Shown here: positions 55,170-64,000 of the stretch, one piece after another
How positions within the stretch are numbered: position 1 is the first letter of the stretch
Layout of the letters: every line of letters starts with the position of its first letter
Source: Caecitellus pseudoparvulus
Taxonomy: Eukaryota; Protista; Bigyra: Bicosoecida
Reading direction: 5' to 3'
NCBI GenBank assembly: GCA_965644315.1
Contig: CBFFRQ010000069.1
Span: forward strand, 372,001 to 436,000
Length of the DNA stretch: 64,000 bases
Translations under genes and position numbers: made by a program
The notes under the pieces: generated by a model
Databases searched by the model: none
The model's input: only the letters and a program-made list of their open reading frames with translations
Told to the model about the DNA's origin: nothing

Positions 55170-58081
55170 TCACACGACCTCCTTCAAAGAGGCGAAGCGA
55201 CCAATGGAGCGCGCCAGCACGGTCATGAAGGCCTTGTAGTTCAACACCTTCATGTCGTCGGGGAAGAAGCGTGCCTCCAAGACGGCGATCTGGCGTGGGC
55301 CCAAGTGGAAGACGTGTGCCAGCACCGTGCGGAACTCGGAGCGCGTCACCAGGCCGTCGCTGCCTGAGTCGTAGGAGGCAAAGGTGGACGCCAGGATGCG
55401 CTCGCAGCTCTGGGACAGGTACCCGCGTTTCATGAGGGCCATGATCTCCGCCAGAATGGCCTCCTGGCTCTCGCTCAGCTTGGAGGCGTGGGCGGCGATG
55501 TGCTCGCCGTACTCGGCCACCGCTGCCACGTCATCAGGCGGCAGCAGCAGCGCCTTGGAGCCGGAGCCAGCGGCCTCCGCCGCCTCCCCGGCGGCGCCCA
55601 CGCCAGCGACTGTGCCTGCGCGCAGCGCCGTCGTGCTGCTGCCCGGCTCGTCAACACTGGCATCACGCTGCGGCGCAGCCGCTCGAAGGGCGGGAGGGAA
55701 CAGCTGGGCGAAGGCGGGTCGCAGCAGGCGCGTCCCGCCGTGCTCCTTGTCAAAGGCGCGGAACAAGGCCACCAGCTCCGGGCGGGAAATGGGGATGTCC
55801 CACCCCACCAGCGCTGCCTCCAGTTCGTCAATGCTGATGCAGCCGGAGTAGTCCCTGTCCACAGCCTGGAACACCTTGCCGGAGGGCATGCCGACCTCCT
55901 CGAACACCGCTCGCAGGCGCTCCACGACCTCCCCCGCGTCGGCGTCGGCGTAGGCGGCCTTGCCCCCCAGCAGGCGTCGGGTCTTGGCGTCGGCTGCCTC
56001 CAGCAGGAAGTTGAAGCCGTTGATGTTCACGACAGAGCCCACTGCCAGGTCCTTCGGGCGGAAGAAGTCCCCCGTGGCCGGGTTGCGCTTCTTGGTGCGC
56101 AGGAGGAACTTCCCCCCTGCAATGCCGGCATTGCGCCGGGGTGGCTCGTAGATGGACACCTCGTCGGTGGCCATGTAGAAGGTGATGGTGAAGGACCGCG
56201 TGGCGTCGATGCGGCTCACAGGCTTGCCCTCGACTGGCGCCAGGCGCGCTGTGAAGCGCAGCATGCGCCCATCGTGCTCTGCCATCTTGGCTGCGTCCTT
56301 GCGCGGCACCTTGGGCACCAGGGAGAAGAACGAAGAGAGGGAGTCCTCCTCCGTGCCGAAGCGGAATTCGTCGTAGGGGGGGGGCTCCACCTCGATCACG
56401 CCTGCGTCCTCCTCCTCCACGTCCACCGCCACAGCCTCCTGGGCCGCGCGCATGTCCACACCTGCGTTCTCCGCCATCCACTTGTGTGTGGCGTCGTCGG
56501 CAGCGTACAGGAACACTGGCCGGGACATGACGTTCAAGAACTGCCCCACTCGCAGGGAGGGGTGTCGCCACGTGACATAGCTGTCCTTGCCCACATCGTC
56601 CTCGATGTCTCGGGACCGGGCATCCTGGAACGTGTCGTCCAGGGGCAGGGGTGCGCGCTTGTAGATTGCCTTCCACGGCTCGCTGCCGTCGTTGGCAGTC
56701 TTCTCTTCCAGCACCTCCACCGTGTCGTCGGCCAGGTGGTACCGCACGTTGACGTAGTGCTTCTGCCCGTACACCTTGTCCGTGTCGTCCCACAGGCCCT
56801 TGAACCGCAGGATGACGCCGTCGTACTTCAGGAACTGCCCCAGGCTGTCTGGCACGCCACGGGTCAGGCGCGGGTTGGCGTTGCCCCGTGTCGCCTCCAT
56901 GAACCGCTTCACGGGGCTCATGCGCTTGCCCCGCCAGACGCCCAGCTCCCCACCGGTCTCCCGCTTCATGAACGCCTCGCGCTCCGCCGAGTACTTGTCC
57001 ACTGGCACGCGCTGGTTGGGGGCCAGTGGCTTGGCGTGCTCCGCGTAGAAGCGGCGGGTGAAGTCGTCAGCGCCGTACACCTTGAAGGTGCGCCCCAGCA
57101 GTGCCAACTCCTGCCCCACGTACAGGTGCGTCCAGTGCAGGTAGTTGCCAGAGGCGGTGCCGCCGCCCGAACCGAGGGACTGGATGGTGGCAGTGCCCAG
57201 CCCGCTGCCAGAGGACGCCTTGGGCCCGTGCATAGCAGTGGGCAGGGGCACCCGCTGGCGCTGCAGGAACTTGCCCTGAGGGATGCCCGAGTTCGCCACA
57301 CGGTCCTCGAAGATCTGGGCTGTGTCATCCTCCAGGAAGTAGATGAGGCGCAGGAAGCGCACCCTGCTCGAGGACAGGCGGCGTGGGGGGCAGTGAGGCG
57401 GCGCGTGCGTGGCAAGGCGGCGACCAACTCCGACCCACGCACCTGTGGTTCTCCCTGCCGCTCTCAGGCACTGGCTCCTTGAAGTACATAAAGAATGTCA
57501 ACATCTGCCCGGCCACAATCACGTGCTTTGGCAGCAGCTGCAAGTACGCGTTGGGGTCCCACTCGGCACGGGCGGCGCCAGTGGCAGCGGCGGCAGCGGC
57601 GGCAGCCTCCTCGGAGGACTTCGCTTCGCCGCGGAAGCCAGTGGCCGCCAACGGGCGCTCCACGACGATGCCCTGCTCCAGCCGCAAATTCTGGCTTCGA
57701 GGGCGCCTCAGTTGAGGACTGCAGAGAGGGGCGGGCGAGTGGCGTGCTGGGGCTGTGGCAGCCATGGTGGTGTGTGGTCGTGTTGCAAGAAACCTGCACG
57801 CGAGCCGAGGCGTGCCCAGGCGCAAACACGGCGGTGCACACCCAGTCTCACGGGTCATTCCGTGGAACTCATGGCTGGTGTGCCATGCGGCACATGTGGC
57901 ACTCGCAGGGCAGGGCATGGCCACAACGGAGCCCGGCCCAAGCGCATGATAGCACGTCGCACGCGACACAGCGCGGCCTGAACTTCCGCTTCACGTACTT
58001 GAGCCCGAAGCGCATGGACAGCGGAACGCCATCCGGGATGGGAGCAGCAGTGTCGAATCGATCGCCATGTGCGGCTGCCAT
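55170..58081 (-). CDS. EFHC1: EFHC1/RIB72 (three DM10 domains plus EF-hands), multi-exon
   Basis: LTFFMYFKEPVPES, YFLEDDT...NSGIPQGKFL, ILRFKGLWDD...YHLADDTVEV, FYMATDEVSIYEPPRRNAGIAGGKFL and EF-hand DRDYSGCISIDE. The 5' exons (58081-57999 and about 57873-57843) are inferred. Confidence 0.88.
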
Positions 58082-58592
58082 CGTCGGTCTCTGCCACTGG
58101 GGTTGGCGGGCTCTGCCTGGGCCGACGAACCACTCGACTCAGCACACCGAGCAACTTGCGGGTGCAACGCAAGGCACAGCAACGGTGCAGCAGGTGAGAG
58201 GCGTTTGTGGGTGTGGTGGGGTGTGGGTTTTGATTTGTTCGTGGCGGCTGGATGATGACTGGGCGCTTGGAGGAGGGCACACCCCGTGTCAATTTGTGTG
58301 GTGAGCGTGCCCCACACTCTCGTGCCTCTCTGCTTGCCTCCGCACCGATGCGCCGCCTCCGCCAAAAACTTACGGTGGGGAGAGACCACCATGCTTGTCA
58401 GGTGTCGCGCTGTGTATAGGTCTGGGCATGCCAAGACTGCTGCCTGGCTTGGCCTGCCACACGGCGTATCGTGGCGAGCATTCCTTCGAAGCCAAATTGC
58501 TTGCAAGAACTGCCTGACCAGCCAGCTGAACACTAGCACGGGTGGTCCCTGACAGGTGCAGCACTGCATGCCTGCTTGACGGCTGCTGCACC

Positions 58593-60469
58593 ATGCTGGC
58601 ATCAAGTGACGGGAGCGGCGCCCAAGGTGGCACGCTTTCCGGAGAAGTGGCGGAAATTGGTGCGCCAAGAAATGCGGAGAGCACACGAAGCCCTTGTGTG
58701 CTGAGCAAGTCAACGCGGGGGGAGATCGTGCTCCAAGCCAAGCTGGCAGGACCTGTTGCTCTCACTGTCCTGCTCCAAGTGCTGGTGGACATGATTACAC
58801 TGGTCATCGTGGGGCACTTGGGCCCTGTGCAGTTGGCAGGTGCGGTTCTTCGCTGCGCCTGGCCACGTCACGGCCGAGCTCCACCCGCCTTGCGCTGCCC
58901 CGCTGCACAGCCACTGCGTTGGGAAACTTCTACTGCAACAGCACTGGCTTTGCCATCACCTCCGGCATGACCTCCGCCGTGGACACTCTGTCCAGCCAGG
59001 CCTTCGGCGCCCGCAACTTTCGACGCATCGGCGTCGTGGCCCAGCGAGCTGTGGCGGTGCTGGGGACCCTGGCCCTGGCGCAGTCCCTGCTGTGGCTGCG
59101 CGGAGATTGGATCCTGAGCCACCTCGGACAAGATGCCGAAGTGGTCGCCCTGGCCACTCGCTTCGTCGCTGTGCGCGTTCCTGAGCTGTGGGCCGTCGTG
59201 CTGTTTGAGGTGATCAAGCGCAGCTTGCAGGCGCAGGGCATCGTGCGCCCTCCCTTGGCTGCCACCGCCCTCACCATCCCCCTGCACATCGCACTGTCAT
59301 ATACGTTGACGTACCACACGTCACTGGGCTTCTGGGGTGCTGCCGTCGCCTCCATCTGCACCCGCCTGCTGCAGGCGGCAGGCATGCTGGTTTACGTGCT
59401 GTGGCGCGGCGACGCCCTGACCGTCGTCACCGTCGGCCACATCGCGCGCATGGCGGCGGAGCAGGAGAGAGAGGCCCCTCCTCTTGACCTCGCAGGGCAA
59501 GACGCCTCTGCGCGAGGGCAGTACGCCCCCGTCGGCGCGCCCCGCCCAGACTCCCCCCCAGCCACCACGCCAGCCCCCTCTGAAACGCAGGGTGCAGGCC
59601 CAGCGCTGGCACAGCCTACCCCGCCACAACTCAAGGCCATGTCCCAGAGACAGTTGTTGGAGCTGCCGCATGGCACACCGCTGGGCCGCACGTGGGAAGG
59701 CTGCTCCTGCTCTGAGGCGTTCAGTGGCTGGTGGCAGTTCATTCGGCTGGGCGTGCCAGGGGGCATCATGGCAGCGCTGGACTGGGCCAGCTTCGAAGCG
59801 CTGGCGGTGATTGCGGGGGCGCTGGGGGTGAAGCAGCTGGCCGCCCACACCATCGTCGCCCAGGTGGCCACGCTGTCCTTCCTCATTCCCTACGGCTTCG
59901 CCATCGCCGTGTCGGTGCGTGTGGGGCAGGCCATGGGAAGGGCGGACCCCAGCACAGGCAAGCGAGCAGCAGCGGTGGGCACCGCAGCTGCTCTGGCGTG
60001 GGGCGCTCTGAACTTCTTGGTCGTGCTGCCCACAGCAGGCCTGTGGCCCCGGGCGTTCACGTCCGACGCAGAAGTCATCGCCCTCGCCTCCACAGCTGCC
60101 GTGGGGGTGGCCTGCTTCTCAACCTTGGACGCGCTGCAGCAAGTCGTCGTGGGCACGCTGAAAGGCGTGGGGCAGCAGTGCATCGGGGCTGTCGTGTACC
60201 CCCTCGCCTACCTGGGCGCTGGCATTCCTCTCGCGTTCGCCCTGGCTCACCCCGCCGGCTGGGGCCTGCTGGGCGTGTGGGGCGGGGAAAGCATCGGGGC
60301 TGCCCTGGCAGTCTTCACGCTGGGGGGGCTGCTAGCGTTTTGGTTTGATTGGGCTGCTATGGCGCGCAAGGCCCGTGCCGCTGCGCTGGCGGGTGTGCAG
60401 GCGCCGGCGCCTGTTGTGGAAGTGGAGTTGGCCGATGCGTCGCAAGCTGGGCCACCGCCTGCGCCGTAG
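58593..60469 (+). CDS. MATE family efflux transporter, one intron
   Basis: VGHLGPVQLAG, GMTSAVDTLSSQAFGA, LQAQG, SVRVGQAMG and DALQQVVVGTLKGVGQQ. Confidence 0.92.
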
Positions 60470-60590
60470 ACACCCCAAGCAAATGCAAGAGTGTGTCAAA
60501 ACCCACGACCCTGCGCCATCGTCAGCACTTGCACAATTGTGTGTGTACTTCCCTGAGTGCTGCGGCTGTCGCCTGGGCTACTGGCCTGAC

Positions 60591-61723
60591 ATGGCCACGG
60601 CCAGCTCTTTCAGTGCGTTGCCAGGCTCTGGCAGCCTGCTGCACGATGGTGACGATGAGGGGCAAGAGGCTGGTGCTGGGGCAGGTGACATCATCGTGAC
60701 GCCAGGGGAGGTGATCACTGATGCCACAGGCTTCCTGCGGGGTCATGGAAGCTACCTGAGCAGGGGCACACTCGTGGCCAGTGTTGCTGGCTCTGTGCAG
60801 CGTGTGAACAAGCTCGTCTCCGTGCAGCCCGTGAGCTCCAGGTGCGGCGGCCACGTGGACCTGCGCTGCGCAGCACTCAGGACCCTTTCCAATATGCACA
60901 CGAGCCTGCTCTTTCTTGCGTCAGGTACTCTGGACACGTTGGAGACGTAGTGGTTGGCAGAGTGGTGGAGGTGCGCGGAAATTGAACGCAGGCACAAAGC
61001 ACTCGAGCCCTCACCGCACCACCCCCCCTCGCCTTCGAGCAGGTCGGTGCCAAAGTCTGGAAGGTGGACATCAATGCCCGTCAGCACGGCACACTCATGC
61101 TGGCGAGCCTGGCCCTGGCTGGCGGCGTGCAGCGGCGCCGCACGCAAGAAGACCAGCTGGCCATGCGAAGCATGCTGGCTGAAGGTGACCTCGTCTCGTC
61201 AGACGTGCACTCTTTCCACCAAGATGGGGGCATTGTGTTGCACGCACGCTCTGTCAAGTATGGCAAGCTCAGCAACGGCTGCCTCGTCAAGGTGCGGCCG
61301 TCCTTGGTGCCGAGGCAAGCGCACCACTTCGTGTCCCTCCCGTGCGGGGTGGATGCAGTGCTGGGGAACAACGGCTTCATCTGGCTGACCGGCACCCTCG
61401 CCACCAGTGCTCAGGCGGGGTCCTCCTCTGGTGCCGTGGACATCACAGTGCATGAGCAGGCAGAGGTCGGCGTGGTGGAGGCAGTGGAGGCACGCAAGGC
61501 GGTGGCCGCCAGCCGGGTCATCCCTGCAGACGCCCGCCGCAGCATCGCGCGAGTTCGCAACAGTATCTTGGCGCTGGCCGCTGGCTTGCACCAGATTCGC
61601 CCGGCCAACATCATGGCCGTGTACAGTGCCAGTGAAAAGGCAGGCTTGGCTGCGAAGGAGCTGCTGAACCCGGACACTGCCGGTGACTTGGTCACGAGCG
61701 TCGCGCATGCATTGCAGCAGTAA
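60591..61723 (+). CDS. RRP4: Exosome complex component RRP4, two introns
   Basis: VTPGEVIT..GFLRGHG, VQRVNKLVSV, WKVDINARQ, GGVQRRR, KYGKL and VLGNNGFIW. Confidence 0.95.
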
Positions 61724-61919
61724 ACGCAGTGTGTGGTGGCGTGAAGTGGGTGGGGCGTGAGCTGAAATGCATCCAGCGAGTCAAAACTCACTCGCCCCGA
61801 CACTCCCGCTCCCGTGGCCAGTGCCAGCCCTTTCGCATTGTTGGCACCAGCGTGTGAACGTGTGCTTAGCACCTCCGTGAGAGGCACAGCCCCGCCACCC
61901 CACACCACCTCCCGGCACC

Positions 61920-63404
61920 ATGGCGTCGGAGAGCAAGTCCAGTGGCGGCATCGTGCACCAGCAGAAAGAGAAGTATGAGGATGCACTGAACGCGGCCATC
62001 CCCGAGGCCGACTCCATCGCTGCAGCTGGGCGGCTGGCCGAGGCTGTGGACACCCTCATGGCTGTGGAGAAGCGTGCGCGGCTGGTGCGTGCAGCCTGTC
62101 TTGGCCGTCGCGTTTCGGCACAGCTACGTACTGGACCGCCAACCCGCTGACATTGCAGAGTTCGGACAGCACCAGCACTGAGCGAGCCGTGAGGCACATC
62201 ATCAAGCTTGCTGCACAATATGGCACGTTGTCCAACGTTGTGGAGTACATCATGGTCCTCAGCAAGCGCCGAGCACAACTGACCAAGGTGAGGTGAAACG
62301 CCAGGCAGGCGTTTCACCACGCCGGCTTGCCCACGCATCCCCCGCTCCCTGTCGCACTTGCAGGCCATCATTGGCATTGTGCAAGAGGGTGTCACTGTGC
62401 TGGAAGGAGTGGTGGACACTGAGGAGCGTGTGACCCTGATTGACGCCCTGCGCACTGTCAGCGAGGGGAAGATCTTCGTGGAGGTGGAGCGGGCTCGCCT
62501 CACCCAGCACTTGGCCAACATTCGGGAGGCACAGGGCAGGGTGACGGAGGCCTGTGATGTGCTGCAAGAGGTGCAAGTGGAGACTATCGCAGACATGGAC
62601 AGCCGGGAGAAGGCAGAGTTCCTGCTGCAGCAGATGCGCCTGACGCTGGCTGTGGAGGACTGGGTGCGCAGCGGCATCATGGCCGGCAAGGTCAGCCGCC
62701 CCATCCTGGCCAAGGAAGGCTTCGAAGACCTCAAGCTGCAGTTCTATGACCTGCTCATCACCCTGCACTCGCACGAGCAGGACACGTGGGAGCTGCACCG
62801 CGACTACCTGGCTCGGTACGAGACGCCTGGCATCCACGAGGAAGCGCTGCACCGGCAGCAAGCCATGTCCTATGCTGTGCTGTACTTGGCCATGACGGAG
62901 TGGAGTGACTCGGTGCGGGACACGATGAAAGAGTTCCTGCAGAAGAAGCACGTGACAGAGGAGCTGCCGCCCTGCGCTGCGCTGCTGCAGGCCCTTGTGA
63001 CCCCTGAAATCATTCAGTGGCCCCTGGCGGGCGGCGCCAGCAACATCCCCCAGCACAGCCTGTTCACCAGCAACCCTGCCAACCTGGACACCCTGCACCG
63101 GAGGGTAGTGCAGCACAACCTGCGCGTGATCAGTGCATGCTACACCCGCATCCGCTTCCCACGCATGTGCGCGCTGCTGGGCCTGGAGCCCGCCACGGCC
63201 GAGAAGGAGCTGTCAGACCTCGTGACGTCCGGCACCGTGTACGCGCGCATCGACCGCCCAGCAGGTGTGGTGTCCTTCGTGAAGCCACAGGCTGCCCCGG
63301 AAGTGCTGGGGGAGTTCGCCGGCAACTTGCGGGAGGTGCTGGGCCTCATTGAGACGACGAACCACCTCATCCAGCGCGAGTACATGGTGCACAAGATGCA
63401 TTGA
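61920..63404 (+). CDS. RPN5: 26S proteasome regulatory subunit RPN5/PSMD12, two introns
   Basis: LMAVEKRAR, LSKRRAQL, TVSEGKIFVEVERARLT, EVQVET, RVVQHNLRVI and ARIDRPAGVVSF (PCI domain). Confidence 0.95.
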
Positions 63405-63432
63405 GGGGCAGCTGTGACATGGGGCTGGAAGT

Positions 63433-63816
63433 TCACGCCCAGAAGTGCCGCTTCAACTCCTCTTTCGCTGCCGCGTGGCCTGCCTTGGCAGCCGCCTTCA
63501 ACCACCGCTTGCCTGCGAACTCGCTGGCCCTCACGCCTTCACCATTGGCGTACGCCTTGCCGATAATGAATGCAGCTTCAGCACAGTCAGCTTCGGCTGC
63601 CTCTTGCAGCATGTCCACTCCAGCTTGCACGTCCTGCTTCACTCCTTCCGCCCCACTGTGCTGGCGTTTCGTTCACGTGCACAGCTGAAACGCCAGCCAT
63701 GCCGGCGCGCACACTCACGACAGCAACAGCTTACCAAACGCAAGCTTAGCGTCTACGTCCCCTTCTTCTGCGCTGGTTTTCAATGCGGCCACATCCACGG
63801 TGCCAGTCGCAGCCAT
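63433..63816 (-). CDS. Small Sel1-like repeat protein, one intron
   Basis: AEEGDVDAKLAFG|...GVKQDVQAG...AAEADCAEAAFIIGKAYANGEGV...WLKAAAKAGH. Confidence 0.85.
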
Positions 63817-64000
63817 CGTGCTCAGACAGCAAAAGGATGGCAGGCAGCCGACACGCCTGGTGCTGGCGGTGGCTTCGATGCAATGAGGTGGGCCCGATGT
63901 CAATGATCCCTAAGTTGCCGAAAAAGTACCTCGCCGACGGTGTTTTGAATCTTTTCCCCTGCTGCTTTCACTGGCATGTACTGGGGTCGTCCAGCTTGAG

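Noticed and set aside
57869-58081. 70-aa Cys-rich ORF resembling a small zinc finger
   Set aside because: Better explained as exon 1 of EFHC1 read through a GTACGT...CAG intron; the cysteines lie in the predicted intron.
1-64000. CRISPR arrays, tRNA/rRNA genes, transposases, AT-rich endogenous viral inserts, telomeric repeats
   Set aside because: None seen by eye; composition looks uniform and nearly all sequence is explained by host genes.

Overview
A GC-rich (about 65-70%), very compact eukaryotic chromosome segment with about 28 protein-coding genes, many split by short (about 60-130 nt) GT-AG introns. SPAG6/PF16, EFHC1/RIB72 and a TTLL glutamylase indicate a flagellated organism; a heterotrophic protist such as a stramenopile is my inference only. 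Recognisable genes include CDT1, RED/IK, a TadA/ADAT2-type deaminase, RNA Pol I subunit RPA2, a TBC RabGAP, EED/ESC (PRC2), a USP4/15-like DUB, vanin/biotinidase, a class-3 lipase, a kinesin, a MATE transporter, RRP4 and RPN5. I saw no rRNA, tRNA, CRISPR array or transposon. The strongest unexplained signals are non-coding. (1) The perfect palindrome CAATGCATTG lies in three convergent gene junctions, and its half-site AATGCA follows many other stop codons, making it a candidate bidirectional 3'-end/polyadenylation signal. (2) A GAAACGC/GCGTTTC motif recurs in about 11 introns, twice as 11-bp hairpins. (3) Two tandem orphan membrane-protein paralogues share a 323-bp tract that is 98% identical. 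Also notable are a pseudokinase, a divergent HSF-like factor and three bacterial-type genes (DcsG-like ATP-grasp, YnjE-like rhodanese, DUF3825-like). Exon boundaries and motif counts were read by eye and are approximate.
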